64,000 bases of DNA from a virus: IMG/VR virus record IMGVR_UViG_3300032435_000001; one strand, given 5' to 3'. The notes beneath the pieces are model-generated. The model saw only the letters and a list, made by a program, of their open reading frames with translations. It searched no databases and was not told where the DNA came from. The position numbers and the translations under genes were made by a program. Shown here in pieces: positions 48,261 to 57,970 of the stretch (position 1 is the stretch's first letter; every line of letters starts with the position of its first letter).

Positions 48261-50888
48261 ATGTCAAATAAATTAATATTAAGAGAAACTAACTCACCAT
48301 ATGGTGATTTGAATAAAAAATCAGTTCTATCTAGAAGAGAATTGGATAATAACTTTATTCACCTTAAAGGTGAATTAATTGTTAGTGGTTTAACTACGGA
48401 TAATACTATTATTTTAGAAAAAAATAACGGTGATAATATCGTAATACCATTACCAGAACTTATCGAACCTTTAGGTCAAGATAATAGATTTAGGTTTGTA
48501 GATTTAGGTAGCTTTATACAAGGAGGTAGAGGTGTACCTGATGTTGATATTGAAACAGCTTTCGTAAATCAATTAAACATAGGGATGTCTTCGCTTAACC
48601 TTATAGTTGCGGATGATGAGTTGATAATACTTAAGATTAGTATTACAATTTATGGGGCGTTTGAAGCTGAAGAAAGAAAGTATTATTTTAAGGGTGGTAT
48701 GGGTAAGGGAGTGTATAACCCTTTAAGTGATTACATCACACCAAATGAATTAGAGTTAGCTTTTAGAGATTGGACACCACCAAATGTTGATATTCTAGAA
48801 TCATCACCTAATGTTAATATATTTAACTTAGGTATTATACCTGATTCTGATTACATTTCATACATAAATAATAACGGGTCGTATGATTTAAGAGATGCAT
48901 CTAAGATACATTATTTTAGGTTTAATTATCAGAGTGTGGATTATTTATACTTTTTTGATTCTAATGATTCATCATACGGTAATGCTATATACGGAGCCAA
49001 CTTACCTCAATTTATTACAGAAGATTTAGTTTTATTTTATGATAGCTCAACAGCGGTAATTATCAATTCAGACGCAGTTTTTAACGGTAGTTACGCTGAT
49101 TTAAGTAGTTTGGTTAATACAAATCAATTAATCATAGGTAAAAATTACATATTAAATGATTATGTAACTAAGTACCAAATTTTTGGTAGTGATTCAGGCC
49201 CTAGAATTCAAATACACGAAATGATTGGTTCTACTGGTAGTTACACCCAATTTAATAACGTACCAGTTGATATTATTCAAATTGGTAGTGTTGTAACTTG
49301 TGTTTACGCACCACCTAACGCTTTAATATCATCTGGGGATACTTTCACAATTGTGGAATATTTTAATTTTGGATACACTAGGTTTTCACCAAACGTAACA
49401 AACCCATTAAATATTGGGGCTAAATTTAGGTTTCAAAAACAAAGATATTCGAACATACCAAATGATTCCGTGATTTTAGATACTTATGGGAAACCAGTTA
49501 TAAAACCAAATGGTGTTATAAATACTGAGGTGCATGATGGTGAACCTTATATGGCGATGACTGGTCTTGAAAACCCAACACCACTCGTTGAGTCAATCAT
49601 ACTAAAAGCGATTGATAGTAATAAATTTTCTAGGAATGCTGAATCATTAATTTTTGTTGGTGATGAGTTAACCTATGACTTTAACGATAACATTATTTAT
49701 GATGATAATAAAACACAAATAGGTGAAAGAAAAGGTTTTATATTAAAAAGAACTAATATAAGTGGTTCGATTTCAATGGATAAAGATTGGAGGGTACAAA
49801 GGTATCGTAGATATAAAATTGATAATTTTAATTGGGATTGGTTATTGAATAAGAAAGAGTTTAGTGGTAATGCGTTGACATCTGGTAGTACAATATATAA
49901 GATGGGTGATGAAAATTACTGCACAACTACTAACCCTAATTTAAGTGAGGACCATAAGTATATAATGTGTGAACCTTTCATAAGTGATTTTCACACTGAT
50001 TTCGCAAAAACAAGTGGGAACCCATTTATAAGTGGTACTACCTCAGCTAGTTTATTATCAAGTGGTCTTAGATTTAGGGAAGATAATGAAACCACACCTT
50101 ATAGTGTGAATGTTTCATTACCATTACTTGGGTTCAGTACTAATCAATCCGCTAAAGATTTTCACATCATACCAATATATGCGTTCAACTCAACAAACTT
50201 AACAACAAAAGCTGTTGTTAAGAGTTTAAGTAATACGGTATTTTTACCTTACTCCCAAAGATATGGTAGTACCTTTAATTTAGTAGTAGATTCCGATATT
50301 GGTGATATACATAATTCAACTTTCACAACCTTAATAACAATTAAAAATAGAGGTTTAATCTCTACATTTACATCAATCGATGGTTTAACTGTTAATAATG
50401 ACTCTAGGATAACCAATACCATTAATTTAATCTATGGTGTTGTTAATAATTACGGTATTATTGCCAACTCAAAAATCGGTGGTGGTGCGAATGATAATAT
50501 CAATGACTTCAATAACTTTACAGTTAGTGATAATTCAAAAATCATAAATTCAGTAATAGGTGGTTCTAGGATTGATTCATTAATATTTAATGATTTTCAG
50601 TGTAATAACTCCATAATAATAAATAGGGTAACTGGTTATTCAACAATATCTGGTAAGTGGTATTTAACAATGTATAAAAATTTTGGTGAGGTTTACGGTT
50701 CTGAGCTTAGGTTAAACACTTTTTCTAATCAAAAACCTAGTAAAGGGTTTTGGGGTCATATTTATGATTTTAATAGAGATTATAATGATACGCAAGTAAA
50801 TAATTTTAATTTAAATAAAACACTAGTTACCGAATTAATTGATGGGAATTTAGTTAGAACTATAGAAATATTAACAACAGCATCTTAA
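48261..50888 (+). CDS. Large virion fibre/spike protein
   Basis: L..RE.D.NF..L N-terminal anchor, Y.L.DY.T motif, Asn-rich beta-helix-like C-terminus; late motif upstream. Confidence 0.6.
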   Translation: MSNKLILRETNSPYGDLNKKSVLSRRELDNNFIHLKGELIVSGLTTDNTIILEKNNGDNIVIPLPELIEPLGQDNRFRFVDLGSFIQGGRGVPDVDIETAFVNQLNIGMSSLNLIVADDELIILKISITIYGAFEAEERKYYFKGGMGKGVYNPLSDYITPNELELAFRDWTPPNVDILESSPNVNIFNLGIIPDSDYISYINNNGSYDLRDASKIHYFRFNYQSVDYLYFFDSNDSSYGNAIYGANLPQFITEDLVLFYDSSTAVIINSDAVFNGSYADLSSLVNTNQLIIGKNYILNDYVTKYQIFGSDSGPRIQIHEMIGSTGSYTQFNNVPVDIIQIGSVVTCVYAPPNALISSGDTFTIVEYFNFGYTRFSPNVTNPLNIGAKFRFQKQRYSNIPNDSVILDTYGKPVIKPNGVINTEVHDGEPYMAMTGLENPTPLVESIILKAIDSNKFSRNAESLIFVGDELTYDFNDNIIYDDNKTQIGERKGFILKRTNISGSISMDKDWRVQRYRRYKIDNFNWDWLLNKKEFSGNALTSGSTIYKMGDENYCTTTNPNLSEDHKYIMCEPFISDFHTDFAKTSGNPFISGTTSASLLSSGLRFREDNETTPYSVNVSLPLLGFSTNQSAKDFHIIPIYAFNSTNLTTKAVVKSLSNTVFLPYSQRYGSTFNLVVDSDIGDIHNSTFTTLITIKNRGLISTFTSIDGLTVNNDSRITNTINLIYGVVNNYGIIANSKIGGGANDNINDFNNFTVSDNSKIINSVIGGSRIDSLIFNDFQCNNSIIINRVTGYSTISGKWYLTMYKNFGEVYGSELRLNTFSNQKPSKGFWGHIYDFNRDYNDTQVNNFNLNKTLVTELIDGNLVRTIEILTTAS

Positions 50889-50925
50889 ATAATAACAAAT
50901 AAAAATAATTAAAATAATTAAAAAT

Positions 50926-51561
50926 ATGAGTAAAATAATTGAATTTCAGAAAAATAATGGTTTATCTGATGATGGTATTATAGGTAAAAAGACATTAAAT
51001 ATGATTAGATTGAAATTAAAAATACAATCAGATGAGGAGTTAGCTAATTTTATGGGACAGATTTCCCATGAGACTGGTAATTTTAGGGCTGATACTGAAA
51101 ATTTAAATTATTCAGCTAATGGTTTGATGAAAATATTTAAAAAATATTTCACGTTGAGTATAGTTGGTAAGTACACAAGGAACCCTGAAAAGATAGGTTC
51201 TAGAGTATACGCTAATAGAATGGGTAATGGTGATGAAGCTTCTAAGGAAGGGTTTATTTTCCGTGGGAGAGGTAGTTTACAACTTACTGGTAAAAATAAT
51301 TATAAATTATTTTCAGATTTTATTGGTGAGGATTGTGTTAAGAACCCAGAATTAGTAGCAACTAAATATTATTTTGAGAGTGCTAAATTTTATTTTGATA
51401 CTAATAAACTATGGAGTATAGCTAAAAAAGTTGATGTCAAATCTATAACTAGTTTATCCAAAGCTATAAATTTAGGTAATAGGAATAGTAGGGCGACTCC
51501 AAATGGGTTAGAGGATAGGATAGATAAGACTAACGAATTTTATAAAATATTAAAAAAATAA
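50926..51561 (+). CDS. Endolysin, glycoside hydrolase family 19 with N-terminal PG-binding motif
   Basis: FQK.NGL.DDGIIGKKT, Q..HETG, ENLNYS, YANRMGNG, RGRG.LQLTG..NY, GL.DR. Confidence 0.92.
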   Translation: MSKIIEFQKNNGLSDDGIIGKKTLNMIRLKLKIQSDEELANFMGQISHETGNFRADTENLNYSANGLMKIFKKYFTLSIVGKYTRNPEKIGSRVYANRMGNGDEASKEGFIFRGRGSLQLTGKNNYKLFSDFIGEDCVKNPELVATKYYFESAKFYFDTNKLWSIAKKVDVKSITSLSKAINLGNRNSRATPNGLEDRIDKTNEFYKILKK

Positions 51562-51947
51562 TGGATTTTCATATTAATAAAAACGCCACCCTACCAATTC
51601 TTAAGCTGGAGTTAATAAAAGATGGTAGGAATGACTATAGTAAATTTCACGATATGATTCAAAATTCAGACATAACTTTCTGTATGACAGATTTAGATAC
51701 TGGTATTAGAAAAATTGGTAATAAGAATGGTATTTGCATCTTAAAAGAAGTTGGTGAGGATTCTACAATTGAAGAATATTATATTGGTTATAAATTTACT
51801 AGTAAAGACACTAAAAAAAGTGGCACTTTTATTGGTGAGTTCACAATTAACTTCGTAGATGACGCAATTGGACCATCTGGGTTATTAATTGTACCTATCA
51901 GAGATGAGTTGAGAATCCACATTTTAGAGGGTTCTATAAGAAAATAA
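51561..51947 (+). CDS. BppU-N-like structural protein
   Basis: F.I.K..TLP.L, Y.FT..DT...G.F.GEF.I.F, L.VP. Confidence 0.6.
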   Translation: MDFHINKNATLPILKLELIKDGRNDYSKFHDMIQNSDITFCMTDLDTGIRKIGNKNGICILKEVGEDSTIEEYYIGYKFTSKDTKKSGTFIGEFTINFVDDAIGPSGLLIVPIRDELRIHILEGSIRK

Positions 51948-51970
51948 ACGGGGTTAACCCCGTTTATTTT
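51941..51970. terminator. Perfect 30-bp palindrome / terminator
   Basis: aaaataaacggggttaaccccgtttatttt followed by Ts. Confidence 0.8.
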
Positions 51971-52000
51971 TTTAAACCATTTTATTTTATTTAAAATTAG

Positions 52001-52008
52001 TATATTTG
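52001..52008 (+). promoter_or_regulatory. TAnnTTTG (-7) box upstream of the DNA polymerase
   Basis: TATATTTG 27 nt before the ATG. Confidence 0.45.
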
Positions 52009-52035
52009 TAGAATTATTAATTAATTTTAAATTAA

Positions 52036-55000
52036 ATGAATAAAACACAAATTAGTAGTGAGGATATTGAAAATTACCTACAAGGTAATGACCCTCAAAA
52101 ATACATAGTATCCGTTGAAGCACCTTATTATCAAAATGTAGCTTCTTTGGTCATAAACGACCCAGAGTTAGGTAAATATATTGAACGAGTAACATATAAG
52201 CCATTTGTTTGGATGAGTCATGATATGTCTAAAATTATGTTCAATGGTAATCGTACTAAGATAGCTCAGGCTATGAAAGATTATTCCGTAACTATTTCAG
52301 ATTTAACAATTAAAGATGGTAATGGTTTTATACCTAGTAGGATGGATAATGGTTATAAATACATTGTCAAAACTACATTATCTTATACTAACCTATTAAA
52401 CTTCTTTAAAAGTGGTGGTGTTGATATTTACAGTGAGGAACATAGGAAATACTTCATGTACATATCACCAACCGAGCAATTTTTAATTCAGACTGGTAAG
52501 CGTTTATTTAAAGGTTTTGGTGATTACAATGATTTACATAGGTTACAATTTGACCTTGAAACCACTGGTTTAAAGCCTAGTACCAGTTCTATATTCCAAA
52601 TAGGGATTAAAGATAATCGTGGTTATGAAAGGGTTTTAGAGGTTAAAGGTAATGACGAGTTCGAATTAAGAGAAAGCGAGAGGTTATTAATATTTGAATT
52701 TTTTAATATTGTAGATGAATTAAAACCAGATGTTATATCAGGTTATAACTCTGAAAATTTTGATTGGGATTTCTTTTTTGTTAGGTGTGAAAAATTGGGG
52801 ATATCCATTACTGAGGCTTCAACTACTTTAAATGATTCTAAGATTGTTAGAAAAGCAGCTAGAGTTAAATATGGTGGTGATACTGAGGATTACGAACAGA
52901 CTTATATGTGGGGTTATAATATTATTGATATTATGCATTCCGTTAGAAGGGCAATGGCTATTAATTCAGATATAAAAGAGTATGGTTTAAAATATATTAC
53001 TAAATTCTCTAAGATTGCTAAACCAAATAGGGTTTATGTCCCTGGTAATAAAATCCATAGTACTTGGGCTGACACCACAAATAATTATTACTTTAATGAT
53101 GATAATGGTGATTGGTTTATAGAGGATAGTGAAAACGCTAGAAATGTAGAAAAAATTAATGGTGAGTACCATAGTTATGTGAAAGTTTCTGGTTCATTTA
53201 TTGTACATCGTTATTTATTAGATGACCTTTGGGAAACTGAGAAAATTGATGAGCGTTTTAATCAAGCTACATTTTTATTAGGTAAGATTATACCAACTTC
53301 GTACATGCGTAGTTCAACTATGGGTACCGCTGGTATTTGGAAATTAATTATGATGGGTTGGTCCTATGAGAATGGTTTAGGTATACCACAGTTACAATCG
53401 CAAGAAACTTTTGTCGGTGGTTTATCTCGATTATTAGAGGTTGGATACGCTGTGAATGTTGGTAAGTTAGATTATGCGGCTCTATACCCTAATATTGAGT
53501 TAACGTGGGATATATTCCCAGATATTGACATTAGTGGGGTTATGAAAGGTATGTTACTATATATAGCTGAAACTCGTGATGTTTATAAAGCTATTAAAGG
53601 TGAGCATAATGTTAAAGCTAGTAAGTTAAAAGATAAGTTTAGTTTATTGGATGAATTAAGCGAGGAATACATCAAACTTAAAAAAGAATATGACATCGAG
53701 AAAGGTCTAGAAGATAAATTTGATAAAAAACAGTTACCACTTAAGATTTTAGCTAACTCATTCTTTGGTTCATTTGGGGCACCTCACTTATTTCCATGGG
53801 GTGATATTGATTGTGCTGAAGAGACGACATGTAGAGGTCGTCAATATTTAAGATTAATGGTTAGTCATTTCCATGAAGGTTATAATTTTAGACCTTTGGT
53901 TGGTGATTCAGTTACATTTGACACCCCAATATATGTTAAGTGGAAAAACGATAATAAGTTAGATATATTACCAATATCAGATGTTTTTAATGTAAACTCA
54001 GACGTATTTGATGAGACTGGTTTAAGAGATTTAGAAGTAAAACCTTATGAGGTTCTAACTGTCAATGGTTGGCGGGAAATAAATTATGTTTATAGACATA
54101 AAACTAATAAAAAAATTCATAGAGTATCTACTAAAGATAGGTTAGTTTGTGTAACGGAAGACCATTCGTTATTCCAGAATGGTATACAAGTGAAGCCATC
54201 TGATTTAAAAAGAGGTGATTTATTAGATGTTCATAAGATACCAAATTTGGGGGATTTTCATAACGCTGAAATTATTGATGACGACTTGTATTTTTTATAC
54301 GGTTACTTCCTAGGTGGTGGGTCGTATGAGAATGATACTTTTAACATTTCTGGTGGTAGTTTAAGTGATTTAGAGCGATTGCAAAAGATAATTTCCATAA
54401 AATTTTTAATAGATTATAAATTAATAGACCTTAGGGGAACTAATGGTGTTTATAGTTTAACTTATAATAGTGTTGAATTAGTAAAGATATTCGGTAGTGA
54501 GTTTTATACATCATATGGTGATAAAAAAATACCATGTTTTATCTTAAATACCAATGATAGTAATAAATTATCATTCTTAAACGGTTTTTCATCATATGAT
54601 AATTATGTTGATGAATTAGAAACCTCATCATTTTTAGGTCTTAAATCTCAAGTTGCTATGTCTGGAATAGCTTATTTAATGGATAATTTAAATCTAAATA
54701 AGGAAATAATTTCCAAAAAAGGTGATAATGAGTTAATGACATTTAGGGTTGAAAGTATAAATGATGTTAACCCTGAATTAATTAATAAGATGAAAAGTAA
54801 TGAGGTTTGGTTAAATGAGGTTATCATGAATGGGTGTCCAAATGGGTATGTTTACGACATATCAACACAAGATGGGACCTTTATAGGTGGTATAGGTGGT
54901 ATTGACCTTAAAAATACAGATGGTTTTAACTTCGCAATACCAGATAGTGTTGAAGATATACAATATTACGTTAAAGGTAATCATAGATTAACGGAATATA

Positions 55001-56496
55001 ATAAAGGTAAAACTTTAACTGGTTTAAATGCTGTTGTTGCTGAGTTTAATGAGGTTTACATGATTGGTAGGATGGGATTAGATATTGATGATATCTGTAA
55101 TTCAACTATAAACTTTTCTAGGAAGAATTACGCTAATGATATTGGTGGTAAGATTAAATTAGTTGGTAACACAATTAAATCTAAAAAAATGCCAACTTAT
55201 ATTGAAGAGTTTTTAGGTAAGGGTTGTAAGTTATTATTAGAGGGGAATGGTAAAGATTTCATTACCTTATATCAAGATACGGTGGATAACATTGTTAATT
55301 ATGATATTCCTTTAGTTAAAATAGCTTCAAAAGCTAAAGTTAAGATTAGTAAAGAAACTTATGCTAAGAAAATGAAAACTAAAAATAAGGCTGGTAATAT
55401 GGCAGCTAAACAAGCTCACATGGAGTTAATGGTTGCACATGACTTAGAATTGAATTTAGGTGATGTTATTTATTACGTTAATACTGGAACTTTAAAATCG
55501 CATGGTGATATTAAAACCATCAAAGAAGCGAATGGTAGTACTAGAGTTGAGATGATGTGTAAGTTGATTTCAGCTGAGGAAATTGAGCGTAATCCAGATT
55601 TAACGACTGATGGTTATAACGCCCCAAAATATTTAGCTGCTTTTAATAAGAGGATTAACCCGTTGTTAGTTTGTTTTGAACCAGAGGTTAGGAAATTGTT
55701 AATTATGGATTTAGTTAAAAATACTAAAACTAAAGAGATGGAATTAACTGAGAAGAATTACTTTACCGATGAGCAATGTGTTTTAATATCTGGTAAACCA
55801 TTTTTAGATAGTGACCAAGATACTTACACTGATTTGATGATTATGGAAGATAAAGAGATAGTTTTTTGGTTAAGGGTGGATAAGATACCTAATAACATGT
55901 TGGAAACTGAGTGGGTGGAAACTGTAGCTGATTACCATGAAAGAATGCGATTGGCTAGGTTAGATGGTATTGAAAGAGACGTTAAATTATTCCCTAAAGT
56001 AGTTAGAAGACTTGAATACCATGAATTAGAAGAAATTAGAGGTAAAGGTGTTTTACCTAAAGATTTAGACTTCATCACACTTGAACCAGTTATATTAGAT
56101 GGTGAGGTAAGTGAGATTAACGTACACTCTAAAAAATGGGGGGTGATTATAGGTAAATTTGACGATATATTCTCTTATGAAACACTAGCTAAAGAAAGAA
56201 GTGAGTTTTACGAAGATAGAGCTGAAGCCAAAGGTTTAGAACTTAATATTAGTAAAATAAAGATAATGGATTATTATGAGTGGTTATTCGATAAATTAGC
56301 TATAGTCACCACTTACGCTAAATTAAAAAGGAATAGGACTTTAAATTTAGTTGAGTACCTAAATAATGTTGAGAATCAATTTTTTAATAACATTAAAAAA
56401 GAGCAGCCTAAATTATTTGTTGGTGATACTTTAGAAATTTTAGAAATTAAAGATGATGTTTTACCTAGTGATGATTATGAGTTTAGTATTTTTTAA
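52036..56496 (+). CDS. polB: Family B DNA polymerase with intein; about 1150 aa spliced
   Basis: Exo FDLETTG, GYNSENFD, Y.LDD; DYAALYP, KILANSFFG, GD|TDG, RKNY. Confidence 0.95.
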   Translation: MNKTQISSEDIENYLQGNDPQKYIVSVEAPYYQNVASLVINDPELGKYIERVTYKPFVWMSHDMSKIMFNGNRTKIAQAMKDYSVTISDLTIKDGNGFIPSRMDNGYKYIVKTTLSYTNLLNFFKSGGVDIYSEEHRKYFMYISPTEQFLIQTGKRLFKGFGDYNDLHRLQFDLETTGLKPSTSSIFQIGIKDNRGYERVLEVKGNDEFELRESERLLIFEFFNIVDELKPDVISGYNSENFDWDFFFVRCEKLGISITEASTTLNDSKIVRKAARVKYGGDTEDYEQTYMWGYNIIDIMHSVRRAMAINSDIKEYGLKYITKFSKIAKPNRVYVPGNKIHSTWADTTNNYYFNDDNGDWFIEDSENARNVEKINGEYHSYVKVSGSFIVHRYLLDDLWETEKIDERFNQATFLLGKIIPTSYMRSSTMGTAGIWKLIMMGWSYENGLGIPQLQSQETFVGGLSRLLEVGYAVNVGKLDYAALYPNIELTWDIFPDIDISGVMKGMLLYIAETRDVYKAIKGEHNVKASKLKDKFSLLDELSEEYIKLKKEYDIEKGLEDKFDKKQLPLKILANSFFGSFGAPHLFPWGDIDCAEETTCRGRQYLRLMVSHFHEGYNFRPLVGDSVTFDTPIYVKWKNDNKLDILPISDVFNVNSDVFDETGLRDLEVKPYEVLTVNGWREINYVYRHKTNKKIHRVSTKDRLVCVTEDHSLFQNGIQVKPSDLKRGDLLDVHKIPNLGDFHNAEIIDDDLYFLYGYFLGGGSYENDTFNISGGSLSDLERLQKIISIKFLIDYKLIDLRGTNGVYSLTYNSVELVKIFGSEFYTSYGDKKIPCFILNTNDSNKLSFLNGFSSYDNYVDELETSSFLGLKSQVAMSGIAYLMDNLNLNKEIISKKGDNELMTFRVESINDVNPELINKMKSNEVWLNEVIMNGCPNGYVYDISTQDGTFIGGIGGIDLKNTDGFNFAIPDSVEDIQYYVKGNHRLTEYNKGKTLTGLNAVVAEFNEVYMIGRMGLDIDDICNSTINFSRKNYANDIGGKIKLVGNTIKSKKMPTYIEEFLGKGCKLLLEGNGKDFITLYQDTVDNIVNYDIPLVKIASKAKVKISKETYAKKMKTKNKAGNMAAKQAHMELMVAHDLELNLGDVIYYVNTGTLKSHGDIKTIKEANGSTRVEMMCKLISAEEIERNPDLTTDGYNAPKYLAAFNKRINPLLVCFEPEVRKLLIMDLVKNTKTKEMELTEKNYFTDEQCVLISGKPFLDSDQDTYTDLMIMEDKEIVFWLRVDKIPNNMLETEWVETVADYHERMRLARLDGIERDVKLFPKVVRRLEYHELEEIRGKGVLPKDLDFITLEPVILDGEVSEINVHSKKWGVIIGKFDDIFSYETLAKERSEFYEDRAEAKGLELNISKIKIMDYYEWLFDKLAIVTTYAKLKRNRTLNLVEYLNNVENQFFNNIKKEQPKLFVGDTLEILEIKDDVLPSDDYEFSIF
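53908..54915 (+). mobile_element. Intein in PolB motif C (336 aa; Ser1, ends KN|T; degenerate LAGLIDADG)
   Basis: VGD|SVTFDTPIYV ... VTEDHSL ... VYDISTQDGTF...LKN|TDG. Confidence 0.93.
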
Positions 56497-56510
56497 ATAA
56501 TAATAATAAT

Positions 56511-56537
56511 AAAAAAGAGGCTAACGCCTCTTTTTTT
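56511..56537. terminator. Bidirectional terminator
   Basis: aaaaaagaggc-taac-gcctctttttt. Confidence 0.8.
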
Positions 56538-57669
56538 ATTTTACGCTAAACCCTAAAGGGCGAAAACGTAAGTGTCTATTTAAATTTTCAGCTTCATTAG
56601 CAGCTCTCTCTATTTGTTTTTCAGTACTTAGGCGACCTAATCTTTCGTCAAGACGTTCCATTATACTTTTTTTCTCTTCATTACCTTCACTTAAAAGACT
56701 TTCCCAATCCATGGTTCTTTCAGCTTCTTTTAATCCAACTACACCACCAAATTTACCTCTAGTTCTACCTAAAGTTATCTTTGCTTCGGCTATGAATAAT
56801 TGTCTAATTAATATTTTAGTAGGTGAATTAAATTTAGCGTAATCTAATTCTTCTAAAGGAACTTCATTTGGTAATGTAATAATATCAGAATTAGCTCTTC
56901 TACACTCGTCTAAATTTTCAGGTGTTGTTTCATAATAATGATACCACACTTTACAACCAACCATACCAATGGATGTACCACCAACAGACCTAGCGCCACC
57001 AGCGAAACTTAGTCTTGAGCCTGGTGTACTTATAAGATGTAATAATCTAGTACCATCTGGACCAGCTGTTAATTTGTAAACCAATTCACTTCTTAGAATC
57101 CTATTTTTTAAATTAAAATCAGCAGCGGTTAATAGAATATCGAAAGCTGGTGCGATGTGAAATCCACCCATACCAGCACCACCAGCACCAGCTCCCATTT
57201 GAGCGTTACCACCACCAAAGCCAGTGTCTAGACCACCATGGTTAGCGAATAAAGCTCTATCAATAGTTGATGGTGTCATCCATAGAACCTCATTAACTTC
57301 CCTTCCAGCTGGTATTTGGTATACTTGTCTACCAGCTTCAATGTCAATAAAATCTTTTTTCAGTTCCCAAGGACCTCTAGCTTGTAGACCTACTTGTTTA
57401 GAATAAGCATAACTAAATTGAGTCATGTAATCAAAATTTCTAGTACTTAATGCGAATGATAAATCTAAAGAGCTAATACTTTGACCTAATAGTGATTGCC
57501 ATTGGTGTTCTATTAACCATTCTTGTACGTATTGACTATAATTTTCTATCGATATTTCCAATAAAGTTTCTAACATCTCTTCAGTTAATTCAATCTTTCT
57601 AATTGGGGCCCCTAGTGAGTGTTTAAGTTGTCTAAAAATTTTCTCTTTTTCTTTTCTTTCTACTGACAT
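56536..57669 (-). CDS. Neck/head-tail adaptor (T4 gp13-like)
   Basis: LGAPIRKIELTEE.L, A.AKITLGR.RGKF, L.SEG..E...L. Confidence 0.8.
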   Translation of the reverse strand: MSVERKEKEKIFRQLKHSLGAPIRKIELTEEMLETLLEISIENYSQYVQEWLIEHQWQSLLGQSISSLDLSFALSTRNFDYMTQFSYAYSKQVGLQARGPWELKKDFIDIEAGRQVYQIPAGREVNEVLWMTPSTIDRALFANHGGLDTGFGGGNAQMGAGAGGAGMGGFHIAPAFDILLTAADFNLKNRILRSELVYKLTAGPDGTRLLHLISTPGSRLSFAGGARSVGGTSIGMVGCKVWYHYYETTPENLDECRRANSDIITLPNEVPLEELDYAKFNSPTKILIRQLFIAEAKITLGRTRGKFGGVVGLKEAERTMDWESLLSEGNEEKKSIMERLDERLGRLSTEKQIERAANEAENLNRHLRFRPLGFSVK

Positions 57670-57697
57670 AATATCTTTTAATATAAATATAAAATTA

Positions 57698-57970
57698 TTA
57701 TGTAAACTGATTATTACTCAATAATTTATTTATAATTGAAAAAGCTTGGTCTATTGTTTTAAAGCTAGTTTCAGGTACCAATATTAATTTATCAACCATT
57801 AATATTGGTACATAATCTAGTTTAACACTTTTACCTAAAAATTCCACTTCATCTTTATTTTTAACATCATCTATATCATAATCTATAAACTCAATACCAT
57901 CGTTTATTAATAAATTTTTTATCTTGTCACAATAAGAGCAAGATTTAACACTAAACACTTTAACTCTCAT
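57698..57970 (-). CDS. Glutaredoxin/NrdH-like protein
   Basis: CSYC and YVP; the start may be any of three tandem Mets. Confidence 0.85.
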   Translation of the reverse strand: MRVKVFSVKSCSYCDKIKNLLINDGIEFIDYDIDDVKNKDEVEFLGKSVKLDYVPILMVDKLILVPETSFKTIDQAFSIINKLLSNNQFT